Assembly (NCBI GenBank): GCA_903934375.1 | Contig: CAIZNP010000028.1 | Span: 1-55,925 of the forward strand | Length of the DNA stretch: 55,925 nucleotides | Direction of reading: 5' to 3' | Origin: an uncultured Synechococcaceae cyanobacterium | GTDB lineage: Bacteria; Cyanobacteriota; Cyanobacteriia; PCC-6307; Cyanobiaceae | Shown: positions 30,198 through 39,864 of the stretch, in pieces | Layout: each line of letters begins with the position of its first letter | Position numbering within the stretch: position 1 is the first letter of the stretch | Position numbers and translations under genes: made by a program | Notes under the pieces: model-generated | Seen by the model: only the letters and a program-made list of their open reading frames with translations | Told to the model about the DNA's origin: nothing | Databases searched by the model: none

Positions 30198-30867
30198 TTG
30201 TCGCGGATTTTGTGCGATGGCCGCAATCGGGAGGCCTCCCGCAGAGCATTTCCGCCCTTCGCTCTTGGCTGTCTCGGGCCGGTTGCAGCCGGTTTGAGCC
30301 GCACCCCGGAACCTGTTTGGATGCCGGTGTCCAACTGGCCGGGCTACGAATACTTCTATCTGGCTGAACAGGCTGGGTTGGCCCGCGCCCAGGCGGTGCC
30401 GCTGAACACCGTGGAGTTCGCCGATCCCCAGGCGATCGTGCACGCCTATGTCTGCGGTGATTTGGCCATCGCCAAGATGGCCACCGTTGAGGCGGTGGAT
30501 ATCTGCGCCCGCGTGCCGGAGCGCTGCCCCGTTGTGGCGCTGGTGCTTGATGAACTCGGTGGGAGGCGATCAGGTGATGGCGCGCCAGGGCATCACTGCG
30601 ATCGAGCAGCTGCGGGGCTGGCCGGTGGGGGTTAGCCTCTCGACTCTCGTTCGATGCCCGCCGCCCTTGCGAGTGGTGCGGTGGATGCGGTGGCCTTCTT
30701 CCCGCCCTACAGCGGCTACGTATCCCGGCAGGGCAACGCCAGCGTCGTGTTCGACAGCCGCCGCATTCCTGGCGAGATTTCGATGTGCTGGTGGTGGATC
30801 CGCGGGTGTTGGAGCAGCAGAAGACCCTGCTGTCCCCCCTGCTGTCCCCCCTGCCCCGCGTGAGTGA
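30198..30867 (+). pseudogene. Degraded ABC substrate-binding protein, paralog of 30907..31917
   Basis: Homologous blocks in successive frames: SNWPGYEYFYLAEQ...VLDE / SVGGDQVMAR...GVSLSTL / MPAALASGAVDAV...FDSRRIPGEI / DVLVVDP. Frameshifts near 30555, 30650 and 30780; C-terminus missing. Confidence 0.8.
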
Positions 30868-30906
30868 TGCCGCCGTTGTTGAAGCCCTTCGCTGAACGTT
30901 CGCTCC

Positions 30907-31917
30907 ATGGCTGACTCCACCCCACCTGCAGCTCCAGACCGTTGGCCGCGCCGGCTGGCGGCTGTGGGACTCGTCGCCGTCGCGGCGGCGGCCGTTGCCC
31001 TCTGGCAGCTCAGCAGGCAGCGATTGCCGTTGGCCGTGGCGATCACCAACTGGCCCGGGTACGAATACCTCTATCTCGCCGAGCAGAAACAGCTGGGTCG
31101 CGCCTACGGCCTTGAGCTGGGCGTGCAGCAGTACAGCTCCTTGCTGGATCAGCGCCAGGCCTTCGAGCGGGGCGATGTGCCGCTGATGGCCACTACCCTG
31201 CCTGAGGCGATCGCCGTCTGCCAGGAGGCGCCGAAGCGTTGCCCAGAGCTGATCCTTGTGCTGGATCAGTCGCTGGGTGCCGATCGCGTGCTGGCCCGGG
31301 CGCCACTGGCCCGGCCCCAGCAGCTGCTCGGGCGCCGGGTGGGCCTTGAACGTGCCGTGCTGGCGGAGTACATCCTGCTGCGCAGCCTCGGCGATCGCTC
31401 TGTGGTGCTGGAGCGGGCGATGCGACTCAGGTTTGATGGGCCCGTGGCCCTGGTGGAGGGGCTCAAGGCGGGCGATCTCGATGCGATCGTCACCTACCAC
31501 CCGTACGACGCCTCCCTGATCGACGATCCGCGCATCGTGGAGGTGTTCAGCAGCCGGCAGATTCCGGGCGAGATCGTTGACGTGCTGGCGGTGGACCCCG
31601 CCTATGCCCGCAGCCACCGCCGCGAGCTGAAGGCCCTGGTGCAGACCTGGTGGGCTGCCCGGGATTTCGCCCGCCGGAACCCCGGCGAATCGACCGCGCT
31701 GATGGCCCAGCGCCAGCAGCTTGAGCCTGCCCAGTTCGAGGCGTCCCAGAACGTCCTTCAGTACCCCATGGCCTCTCAGCAGCGCGCCCTGCTGGCCCCG
31801 AACGGTCCCCTGGCCAGCACCCTGCGCCGCATGGCTGATCTGATGCTGAGGTCCGGCAGGATCCTCCCTGATGCACCGCTGCCGGTGCTGAGCTCGGCCT
31901 TTCTGGAGCCCTCATGA
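30907..31917 (+). CDS. NitT/TauT (SsuA/NMT1-like) substrate-binding protein with N-terminal membrane anchor; no cognate permease nearby
   Basis: Hydrophobic anchor LAAVGLVAVAAAAVALW; NWPGYEYLYLA, LDQSLGAD, GDLDAIVTYHPY, FSSRQIPGEIVDVLAV. Confidence 0.85.
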   Translation: MADSTPPAAPDRWPRRLAAVGLVAVAAAAVALWQLSRQRLPLAVAITNWPGYEYLYLAEQKQLGRAYGLELGVQQYSSLLDQRQAFERGDVPLMATTLPEAIAVCQEAPKRCPELILVLDQSLGADRVLARAPLARPQQLLGRRVGLERAVLAEYILLRSLGDRSVVLERAMRLRFDGPVALVEGLKAGDLDAIVTYHPYDASLIDDPRIVEVFSSRQIPGEIVDVLAVDPAYARSHRRELKALVQTWWAARDFARRNPGESTALMAQRQQLEPAQFEASQNVLQYPMASQQRALLAPNGPLASTLRRMADLMLRSGRILPDAPLPVLSSAFLEPS

Positions 31918-33191
31918 TTCAGAGGATCTGGGCACAGCTGGGCCAGGAGGCCAAACTGCTGCGCGGGCGGGTCTACCAGAGCCTCTGGATCGAGATGGGG
32001 CTCGCCGCCATGGCGGCGTCGGCCCTGATGGCCGTGGTGTCCGGCGTGGTGGTGCTGCATCAGGGTTCGCGCCAGCTGCGCCATGCGTCCGCCGAGGTGC
32101 AGCGTCAGCTCAGCGGCAGCCTCACCAGCTATGCGCCGCTCTACAACCTGCAGCGCGGGCTGCAGGAGGCCACCTCCAGCCGGACGGTGCTCTCGGCGCT
32201 GGTGGTGGATCAGCGGGGTGTGGTGTTGGCTGCCTCCAACAATGCGCTGGTGGGTCTGCCCATCACCCATGTGCTGCAGCTGCCCAATCAGGCCCAGCTG
32301 CGGCCCCTGTTCCGGGAGTGCCCCTCCGCCTCTTCCCTGCTGGCCTGCCTCACCCGGGAGGCTCTGGTGTTCCAGGGCCCGCTGCCCTTGATCGGCGGGC
32401 AGGAGCTGCTGGCCATGCAGCCCTACCCCCTGGCTCTGGAGGGCATGGGTCGCTATGGCGATCGCGCCACGTTGATCACCGTGACCGACGGCCGCCAGGC
32501 CGGCCGCGAGGCGCTGATGTTCACGCTCACCGTGTTCCTGGCTGGTTTGCTGCCGTTGATGGTCGGTTGCGCCGGGTTGATGCTGCGGCTGCGGCGGCGG
32601 CTGATCCCGGAGCTGCTGCGGCTCGCCCAGGTGGACGCTCTCTCCGGGGTCTACAACCGCCGGGCCTTCATGGAGACCGCCCAGTCCTTGCTCAGTCGCG
32701 CCATGCAGAACGAGCAACCGATGGCGCTGGCCCTGATCGATGTGGATCACTTCAAGCAGATCAACGACACCTATGGCCATGACGCCGGCGATCAGGTGAT
32801 CCGCCGGGTCTCGGAGTTGCTGCGGGCTTCAGTGCGCAGCACCGATCTGGTGGGACGGCTGGGCGGCGATGAGTTCGTGATCCTGGTGAAACTGCCCGGC
32901 GACAAGGTCACGGCGATGCTCGAGCGCACCCTGGCGCTTGTGTCCGCCACCGAGATGCAGATCGCCGAGACCATGCCGGTGATGGTGACCCTCTCGGTGG
33001 GGGTGATGGCCAGCGACGGCCATGCCGGTTATGACCTCACAGCTCTGATGACCGCCGCCGATGCGGCCCTCTACGTGGCCAAGGACCGCGGCCGTGCCCA
33101 GGTGGTGAACCTGGAGCTTGAAGCCCAGCGCTCCCGGGCGGGCCTGCGCCCCCGGCCCAGGGTCGGTGAATGGCAGGTGAGGAGTGGCTGA
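31914..33191 (+). CDS. Membrane-anchored diguanylate cyclase
   Basis: Two TM segments flanking a sensor domain; DALSGVYNRR, DVDHFKQINDTYGHDAGD, RSTD I-site, intact RLGGDEF, ADAALYVAKDRGR; ATGA overlap with the SBP gene. Confidence 0.93.
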   Translation: MIQRIWAQLGQEAKLLRGRVYQSLWIEMGLAAMAASALMAVVSGVVVLHQGSRQLRHASAEVQRQLSGSLTSYAPLYNLQRGLQEATSSRTVLSALVVDQRGVVLAASNNALVGLPITHVLQLPNQAQLRPLFRECPSASSLLACLTREALVFQGPLPLIGGQELLAMQPYPLALEGMGRYGDRATLITVTDGRQAGREALMFTLTVFLAGLLPLMVGCAGLMLRLRRRLIPELLRLAQVDALSGVYNRRAFMETAQSLLSRAMQNEQPMALALIDVDHFKQINDTYGHDAGDQVIRRVSELLRASVRSTDLVGRLGGDEFVILVKLPGDKVTAMLERTLALVSATEMQIAETMPVMVTLSVGVMASDGHAGYDLTALMTAADAALYVAKDRGRAQVVNLELEAQRSRAGLRPRPRVGEWQVRSG

Positions 33192-33417
33192 TCGGCCTGC
33201 CATCACCTGGCGCCACGTTCTTGCTGCCAATCACTTGGCGAACTGGTCTGTGGAAAGGGCTGTTTCGTAGTCCGCTACACGATTGCGGCCCCTGCAGGTG
33301 GGTTCACTGGGCAATCCGCCGCGGTCCTGGGCCGCACCTCCTGCCATGCCTGCCGCCCCCCTTCGCCAGGATCCCTTCACCAACGAGAGCCGAACATCGG
33401 CGCCGAGGCCGGCGCCG

Positions 33418-33894
33418 ATGTTCGAGCTGATCCCCTATGAGAAGTTCCGCGATACCCCTGCCGTTCGTTTCTTCGACATCACCGTTGCCGAGTCGAATGC
33501 TCGCGATCTGGTGATCCACGCCGGCCCGGCCATCAGCCCGCCGGATGAGGAGAACACCGGGGCCTGGCAGTTCTATCTGCATCCCCACCAGGAGGACAAC
33601 CTGCTGGCCCTGCACGGCGGTCGCACCTTCTACCTGGTGAACCTGGGCTGGAACTACCCGTATCACATCGTGCGCCTGGAAACCGGCGGCGACATCCTGC
33701 GAATCCCTCCCGGCACCTTCCATCGCTCCGTCTCCGATCCCGACGGTTCCGTGGTGCTCAATCAGGCCGTGCGTGAGCAGGGCACCAGCGTGGTGCGCGA
33801 GTTCCGCGTGTACAACAGCCGTCTGATTCCGAGGCTCTTCGCCACCACCTTCAAGACGGCGCCCCTGCCCAAGCTGCACGGCGTCAGCTGGTAG
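33418..33894 (+). CDS. Conserved cupin-fold protein
   Basis: KFRDTPAVRFFDI, FYLHPHQEDNL, LRIPPGTFHRS (cupin motifs 1 and 2); strong coding bias. Alternative start at ATG 33346. Confidence 0.8.
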   Translation: MFELIPYEKFRDTPAVRFFDITVAESNARDLVIHAGPAISPPDEENTGAWQFYLHPHQEDNLLALHGGRTFYLVNLGWNYPYHIVRLETGGDILRIPPGTFHRSVSDPDGSVVLNQAVREQGTSVVREFRVYNSRLIPRLFATTFKTAPLPKLHGVSW

Positions 33895-33916
33895 CTGCTG
33901 GTTGCGGCGGTTCGGT

Positions 33917-34120
33917 TCAGGCCTGTTGACGGCGGCGGGGAAGAGCCAGAGCGTCGCGCTGGGTGAACAGTTCGCAGGCGGCGTAGGCGGCCGGCAGGTT
34001 GGCCACCCGCTGCCAGGTGTCGTCCTGAGCGGAGTGGTTCACCACATAGCCACCGCCACCATCGCGGGCGATGCGGCATCCGTCCGTCGTGAGGCCAACC
34101 AGGTGCCGCTGCCCGCTCAT
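33917..34120 (-). CDS. Small hypothetical protein (67 aa)
   Basis: MSGQRHLVGLTTDGCRIARDGGGGYVVNH...; ATG start, fits the gap convergent with the cupin gene. Confidence 0.45.
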   Translation of the reverse strand: MSGQRHLVGLTTDGCRIARDGGGGYVVNHSAQDDTWQRVANLPAAYAACELFTQRDALALPRRRQQA

Positions 34121-34237
34121 CGATCCGCTCCGAACTATTCCGGTTGTAGATCTGGCGGGGGTCGGCGAACCTGTGTGGCTTTGCTCAAGCAATCAAACGT
34201 GAACCTGTTGAACACAACCTGAAGCCGGCGGCTTGTC

Positions 34238-36328
34238 TCACAGCCTCAGATCAACGCTGCAGCAGTCGTGGAAGGCGCCGCGCAGCGGTGCGGCAACGGT
34301 CGGTGCGACGGGTTCCGCCGCAGCCTCGGCGGTGAGGGCTTCAAAACCGTCGCACTCCTGCCACAGCCTCCAGCTGCGCAGCGGCTGGCCGCCAGAGGCG
34401 GCCAGAAGATCGAGCTGCAGGGGTATCTGCACCGGCAGGCAGGGGTGCAGGCAGGGGAACAGCGCTTCCTGGCGGTAGCGCACCGCCACGGGGCGTTCCG
34501 CTGCGCCGCTCGGCAGCTGCAGCGGCCGTGCCTGCAGCTGCAGCCGGTGCTGCTGGCGGAAGGCGGCCGTGGTGATCACCTCGAAGCGCCGCAGCGAGCT
34601 GTCGACGAAGCGGCTGGTGCTGCCCCCTTCCACCGGCGTGTCGCACAGCAGCGGCCATGGCTCGAGCGCCTGACGGATCGTCAGCTCCGCCGCCCCCTCG
34701 CGCCAGCGCAGCAGAACCGGAAAGCGCCACTCCCAGATCGCCCGGAAGGGCGCCGGATTGAGCGGCAGGCCCGCTGCCGCCAGCTCCGCCAGCACCTGCT
34801 CCAGATCGGCCCAGAGGGCGCTGGGCAGCATGGCCTCGTCGTGCAGCATCGACCCCCAGGGCCGCAGGCTTGTGGGGCGGTTGGCGGGATCCAGCAGGTG
34901 CACCGCCAGGGCGCGCCAGAGCAGGGCCACGGCGCTGGTCCACTGGTGGTGGGGCAGGGATTCCAGGGCTCGGAACTCCAGCAGCCCCTGGCAGCCGGCG
35001 GTCCAGGCGGGGTTCCAGAACTTGTCGAGGCTGATCTCGCTGCGGTGGGTATTGCCGCTGCGGTCGGCGTGCAGGTGCCGCAGGGTTTCGCCGATGGGCA
35101 CCCGCTGGTCGCCGTCCGGGAGTTGTTCCAGGCAGCTGTGGGCTAGGTCGAGATCCAGCAGGCTGGCGGAGCCCTCATCGGGCCGTGGCGCCTGGGACGC
35201 GGGGCCGACGCTGCGGCCGCTGAACAGGTAGCCCAGGCTCGGGTGGTGCTGCCAGTAGCGCAGGATCCCCACCAGCCAGGCGGGCCGCGTGAAGAACGGG
35301 TTGGTCTCCAGGCTTGGCCCGCCCCAGAGGAGGTGGTTGCCGCCGCCGGTGCCCTCGACGCGCGCCCCCACCTGCTTCCAGCTGCGCAGACCCACGGCGG
35401 CGCCGCCCCGCTCCAGCCGCTCGATCCAGTCGGCGTACTCCCGCCAGCTGTGGCACACCGGCAGGTTCACCTCCAGCACGCCCGGATCGGCGGTGAGACC
35501 CAGCACCTGCCAATGATCGTGGCTGTCGTAGGGCAGCACGCCGCTCAGCTCCGGTTGGCTCCAACCGCTGCTGGCGGCGGCGATCAGGCTCAGCAGGCGC
35601 TGCAGCGGCTCGCGCAGCAGCGGTGGCAGGAACAGTCCCCAGCCGTCGGCGTCCAGCTCGAGGGTGAGCACCTGGCGCAGGGCGTCCTCCGGGAAGTGCT
35701 GCAGGGGCAGGCGCAGGCCGGCCGGACCATGGGCCGGGATCAGCTCGCGCAGTTCCTCCGCCAGGGGCCAGGCCACGGTCTGCCACTGGCCCTCCTCGCA
35801 GGAGAGGGGCACGGCCCACACCTGCCGATCCGGTTGCACGGGATCGCGCAGGGGCAGGGGTTCCACCGCCAGGCCTAGGTCCAGGCCGATGGCCGTCAGC
35901 AGCGCCAGGGCCTCAGCGGTTGTGGGCTGTGCCGTGCTGGTGCCGCCGGGCTGATCCTGGGGCCAGCGCAGTACCGGCTGGCCATCGAGGCCGGTGATCA
36001 GCCGCAGGGCCCAGCGGGGGTTCACCTCGCCGTCGTAGCGCTTGCCGGGGCAGTAGATCAGGGTGCTGCCGGGCCAGGCGATGCGCTGGAGTTCGGCCGC
36101 CAGGGCGCGGGCGTAGCGCAGCTTGGTGGGGCCGTCGGCCGCCACGGTCCATTCAGCGCCCTCGGGATCGTTAGGCACCAGGGTGGGCTCCCCGCCCATG
36201 GTGAGGGTCACGCCGGCCTGCTGCAGCCGCTGTTCCAGCGCGCTGGCTGTGGCCAGGTCGGAGTCGCCGGGGCCTGCGACCGCTAGGGGGGCGGATGCGG
36301 AGGAGCGGGCGGGAGCCGTGGCGGTCAT
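34238..36328 (-). CDS. DUF2126 putative amidoligase (COOH-NH2 ligase fold)
   Basis: LTMGGEPT, EWTVAADGPTK, DPGVLEVN, GTGGGNH, HPSLGYLF, GPASQAPRPDE, GNTHRSEISLDKFW, GLLEFRA, RFVDSSLRR. Confidence 0.88.
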   Translation of the reverse strand: MTATAPARSSASAPLAVAGPGDSDLATASALEQRLQQAGVTLTMGGEPTLVPNDPEGAEWTVAADGPTKLRYARALAAELQRIAWPGSTLIYCPGKRYDGEVNPRWALRLITGLDGQPVLRWPQDQPGGTSTAQPTTAEALALLTAIGLDLGLAVEPLPLRDPVQPDRQVWAVPLSCEEGQWQTVAWPLAEELRELIPAHGPAGLRLPLQHFPEDALRQVLTLELDADGWGLFLPPLLREPLQRLLSLIAAASSGWSQPELSGVLPYDSHDHWQVLGLTADPGVLEVNLPVCHSWREYADWIERLERGGAAVGLRSWKQVGARVEGTGGGNHLLWGGPSLETNPFFTRPAWLVGILRYWQHHPSLGYLFSGRSVGPASQAPRPDEGSASLLDLDLAHSCLEQLPDGDQRVPIGETLRHLHADRSGNTHRSEISLDKFWNPAWTAGCQGLLEFRALESLPHHQWTSAVALLWRALAVHLLDPANRPTSLRPWGSMLHDEAMLPSALWADLEQVLAELAAAGLPLNPAPFRAIWEWRFPVLLRWREGAAELTIRQALEPWPLLCDTPVEGGSTSRFVDSSLRRFEVITTAAFRQQHRLQLQARPLQLPSGAAERPVAVRYRQEALFPCLHPCLPVQIPLQLDLLAASGGQPLRSWRLWQECDGFEALTAEAAAEPVAPTVAAPLRGAFHDCCSVDLRL

Positions 36329-36388
36329 GGCTGGGTCGCCGCAGAACGGAACTCCCCCCGTCATCGCGCGCGGGGTGACCGCCGGGGA

Positions 36389-36402
36389 GCAGCAACCGCT
36401 AC
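36389..36402 (-). promoter_or_regulatory. Putative NtcA-like box upstream of the DUF2126 gene
   Basis: Minus strand GTAGCGGTTGCTGC (GTA-N8-TGC) in the 112-bp gap, 60 nt before the ATG; no clear -10. Confidence 0.5.
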
Positions 36403-36440
36403 CAATCCGCCTGTCGGTGCGGTGGTGGGCTGGTCTGGCT

Positions 36441-37328
36441 CTAGTGGCCGCCCACCAGCGGCGCGCTCACGGCATCGAGGATCTCGGCCTCGATCTGCCA
36501 GTCCAGCTCGCTCTTCACCCCGGGTGGGCCGGAGAAACTGCCGCTCACGGCGGCGGTGAGGTCTGATTTGGACGAGCTCGCCACGGGGATGTAGCGATCG
36601 TCCACCGCCCCCTTGCCGCTGGGGTCGAAGCCGCGCCAGCCGGCCCCCTGCAGGTACACCTCGGTCCAGGCGTGCAGGTCGTAGCGCTCCGGTTTCGGCT
36701 CCACCAGGTGGTAGCCGCTCACGAAGCGGGCCGGCAGGCCCACGCTGCGGCAGCACTCGATCATCAGCATCGCCAGGTCGCGGCAGGAGCCCACCCGCTC
36801 CTTGAGGGTGCGGCCGGCCGGCCAGGCGGGGCCCACGTGGCGCTGGGTGTACTTGACCCGGTCCTGAATGATCTCGACCAGCTGCTGCAGGAAGGTGAGG
36901 CTGCGACCGTCGCTGCCCATCAGCGCCTCCTGGGCCACATCCACGGCGGCGGCATCGTGCTGGCCGTTGGGCAGCCAGCCCTGCAGGCTGCTGAGCAGGT
37001 CCGGGTTCAGCCGGCCGATGGCCACCGGCAGCTGGGCCATCTCCTCATCCAGGCAGGCCTCGATCAGCGGTGGCGTGAAGGTTTCCACTTCGCTGGTGGC
37101 CGTCACCGTGAAGGTGCGCGTCTCGCCGAGGAAGCGGGCACGGGTGATCGTGTCGCCGCCGGCGGCGAGCAGGTCGTAGAGCTGGCTCGGGTCCGGACTC
37201 ACCTCGAGGCGATAGTCGATCAGCCGCTGGAAGCCGTGCGGCCGTGGCCGCAGGCAGAAGCGGTGCGGACCCAGCAGCACGGGCTTGGTGTAGCGGTACT
37301 CGAACCGGTGGATCAGGCGGGCGCGCAT
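36441..37328 (-). CDS. Transglutaminase-like protein (with bacterial transglutaminase N-terminal domain)
   Basis: IHRFEYRY..PV.LGPH..CLRPR N-domain; catalytic triad motifs GSCRDLA, LHAWTEVY, GWRGFDPS; ARFVSGY. Confidence 0.92.
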   Translation of the reverse strand: MRARLIHRFEYRYTKPVLLGPHRFCLRPRPHGFQRLIDYRLEVSPDPSQLYDLLAAGGDTITRARFLGETRTFTVTATSEVETFTPPLIEACLDEEMAQLPVAIGRLNPDLLSSLQGWLPNGQHDAAAVDVAQEALMGSDGRSLTFLQQLVEIIQDRVKYTQRHVGPAWPAGRTLKERVGSCRDLAMLMIECCRSVGLPARFVSGYHLVEPKPERYDLHAWTEVYLQGAGWRGFDPSGKGAVDDRYIPVASSSKSDLTAAVSGSFSGPPGVKSELDWQIEAEILDAVSAPLVGGH

Positions 37329-38347
37329 GCCAGGTCTTGACTGGAGGCTGAAGCCGAAGTGGCGGTGGATGGAGCGGCAACGGCCACGCTGGCCGCGGCG
37401 CTGAAGCCTGGCAGCACGAAGTAGCGCTCGTGGATCAGCTCATGCAGATTGTTGAGATCTGTCTGCAGGGCATCGATGGACTCGTGGAGCCCGCCGGCCA
37501 CGAGCTCATCGATATGGGTATAGCTCCAGCGGGCCAGGGTGAGGCCGCTGAGGCACTCCAGCGCATCGGGTGCTCCGGGTACGGAGCGGCCCCGCACCAC
37601 TTGCAGGGTTTCGTGGATGCGCTCGAGGCAGTAGCGCACCGAGCGGGGGAAGACCGGATCGAGCAGCAGGAAGGTGGCCACCGCCTTCGGGGTGATCACA
37701 CCCATCTGGGCCTGGCGGAACATCTGATAGGCACCGGCGCTGCGCAGCAGCGAGATCCACTGCAGCTCATCCAGCACGCCGCCAACCTCTTCGGGGCTGG
37801 GCAGCAGCAGGAAGTACTTCACATCGAGAATGCGGGTCGTCTTGTCGGCCCGCTCCAGCAGCCGTCCGAGGCGGCTGAACTGCCAGGAGAGGTCGCGGCT
37901 GAGGGTGGCATCGGTGATCCCATAGAACAGCTGGCAGCCCCGCCGGATCTCGCGCAGCTGCTCCTGCGGCTGCTGGTGCCAGAAGCTGTCGCTCTCCAGC
38001 AGCGTCCAGTAGAGGCCGTTGATCTGCTCCCACATCTCGGTGGTGACCACATCGCGGATCTGCCGGGCGTTTTCGCGGGCGAAGGCGATGCAGTTCACGA
38101 TGCTGCTGGGATTGGCCTCCGCACGCACCAGGAACTCCACCACCTGCTGGGGCCCGCCACCGGGGTAGAGCTCATCGAACAGATCGCGATCGCCACTGGC
38201 ATCGATCAGCGGCAGCCAGGGCTCGGCGCTGCCGGGCGGGCAGTCGAGTGCCATGGCCTCGCTCACCTCCACGAAGCGGGAGATGTTCTCGGCCCGCTCC
38301 ACGTAGCGGTTGATCCAGTAGAGGGAATCGGCGACGCGGCTCAGCAT
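37313..38347 (-). CDS. Alpha-E domain protein (DUF403)
   Basis: MLSRVADSLYWINRYVERAEN, ARENARQIR, EMWEQIN, RLGRLLERADKTTRILDVKY, FPRSVRYC. Confidence 0.93.
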   Translation of the reverse strand: MLSRVADSLYWINRYVERAENISRFVEVSEAMALDCPPGSAEPWLPLIDASGDRDLFDELYPGGGPQQVVEFLVRAEANPSSIVNCIAFARENARQIRDVVTTEMWEQINGLYWTLLESDSFWHQQPQEQLREIRRGCQLFYGITDATLSRDLSWQFSRLGRLLERADKTTRILDVKYFLLLPSPEEVGGVLDELQWISLLRSAGAYQMFRQAQMGVITPKAVATFLLLDPVFPRSVRYCLERIHETLQVVRGRSVPGAPDALECLSGLTLARWSYTHIDELVAGGLHESIDALQTDLNNLHELIHERYFVLPGFSAAASVAVAAPSTATSASASSQDLACAPA

Positions 38348-39795
38348 GCGACAGCCTCCTGAGGGGTCTCCTCCACGATCCACGTGTCCTTGCAGCCGCC
38401 ACCCTGGGAGGAGTTCACCACCAGGGAGCCCCGCTTGAGAGCCACGCGGGTGAGTCCACCCGGGCTCACCCAGGCCTCCTTGCCCCGCAGCACATAGGGC
38501 CGCAGGTCCACATGGCAGGGGTAGAGCTCGCCTTCACTCAGGGAGGGCACGGTGGAGAGCTCCAGGGTGGGCTGGGCGATGAAGTTGCGCGGGTTGGCGC
38601 GGATCTTGTCGGCGAACTCCAGGATCTCCGCCTCGCTGGCGTGCGGACCGATCAGCATGCCGTAGCCCCCCGCCTCCGACACCGCCTTCACCACCAGCTC
38701 ACTCAGGTGCGCCAGCACGTAGGCCTGATCATCGGCCCGGGAGCAGAGGTAGGTGGGCACGTTTTCGATGATCGCCTCCTCGCCGAGGTAGTAGCGCACC
38801 ATCTCGGGCAGATAGGCGTAGATCAGCTTGTCGTCTGCCACGCCGGTGCCCGGGGCGTTGGCGATCGCCACCCTCCCGGCGGCATACACCTCCATCAGGC
38901 CGCGCACCCCGAGCATGGAGTCCGGGCGGAACACGGCCGGATCGAGGAAGTCGTCGTCGATGCGGCGATAGATCACATCCACCGGCTCAAGCCCGCTGGT
39001 GCTGCGCATCCACACCCGTCCGTCCTGGCAGGCCAGATCACGGCCCTCCACCAGGGCGATCCCCATCTGCTGGGCCAGGTAGCTGTGCTCGAAATAGGCG
39101 CTGTTGAACACCCCCGGGGTGAGCAGCACTACCCGCGGCCGATCGGTCCAGGGGGCGAGATCCCGCAGGGTCTGCAGCAGGCGCGAGGGGTAATCGTCGA
39201 TCGGCTGCACCGTGCGCCCCGCGAACAGGCTGGGGAAGATGCGCTTCATCACGCGCCGGTTTTCCAGGAAGTAGGCCACGCCGGAGGGGCAGCGCAGGTT
39301 GTCTTCCAGCACCCGCCAGGTGCCGGCACCATCGCGCACCAGATCGAGGCCTGAGATCTGGCACCAGCGCCCAAGTGGTGGTTTGAAACCGCGCATCTGC
39401 GGCCGCCAGCCCTGGGAGGTTTCCAGGTCCTCCCGCGGAATCACGCCGTCGGCGAGGATCTTCTGATCGCCGTAGACATCGGCCAGGAAGAGATCGATCG
39501 CCTCGAGGCGCTGGATCAGCCCCTGCTCCAGCCGCTGCCAGTCCGCCTGATCGATCAGGCGGGGCAGGGGATCGAACGGCAGGATCCGCTCGCCACCACG
39601 GCTGCCGGAATCGTTGAGGCGAAAGGTGGCCCCCAGCCGCTTGAGCAGGATGCCGGCGGCGGCGTGGTTGCGGTTCAGCTCATCGAGGCCCAGGGCGCCG
39701 AGGGCGCCGAGCAGGGGCTGCAGGGCCTGGCGGGGCTGTTCGCTGGAGCTGAAATATTCGTCGTAACCCTTGCTGGGCCTGTAATCGGTGAACAT
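38341..39795 (-). CDS. Circularly permuted type 2 ATP-grasp protein
   Basis: PFDPLPR, GLDLVRD, LEDNLRCPSGVAY, LTPGVFNSAYFEH, VIYRRIDDDFLDP, NAPGTGVADDK, PGGLTRVA, VNSSQGGGCKDTW. Confidence 0.95.
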   Translation of the reverse strand: MFTDYRPSKGYDEYFSSSEQPRQALQPLLGALGALGLDELNRNHAAAGILLKRLGATFRLNDSGSRGGERILPFDPLPRLIDQADWQRLEQGLIQRLEAIDLFLADVYGDQKILADGVIPREDLETSQGWRPQMRGFKPPLGRWCQISGLDLVRDGAGTWRVLEDNLRCPSGVAYFLENRRVMKRIFPSLFAGRTVQPIDDYPSRLLQTLRDLAPWTDRPRVVLLTPGVFNSAYFEHSYLAQQMGIALVEGRDLACQDGRVWMRSTSGLEPVDVIYRRIDDDFLDPAVFRPDSMLGVRGLMEVYAAGRVAIANAPGTGVADDKLIYAYLPEMVRYYLGEEAIIENVPTYLCSRADDQAYVLAHLSELVVKAVSEAGGYGMLIGPHASEAEILEFADKIRANPRNFIAQPTLELSTVPSLSEGELYPCHVDLRPYVLRGKEAWVSPGGLTRVALKRGSLVVNSSQGGGCKDTWIVEETPQEAVAC

Positions 39796-39864
39796 GGGGC
39801 CGTCCAGGGCCGATCGAGGGCCGCTTCGCTGAAACGATCCTCCAGCGGGGTGGGCACCTTCCCG

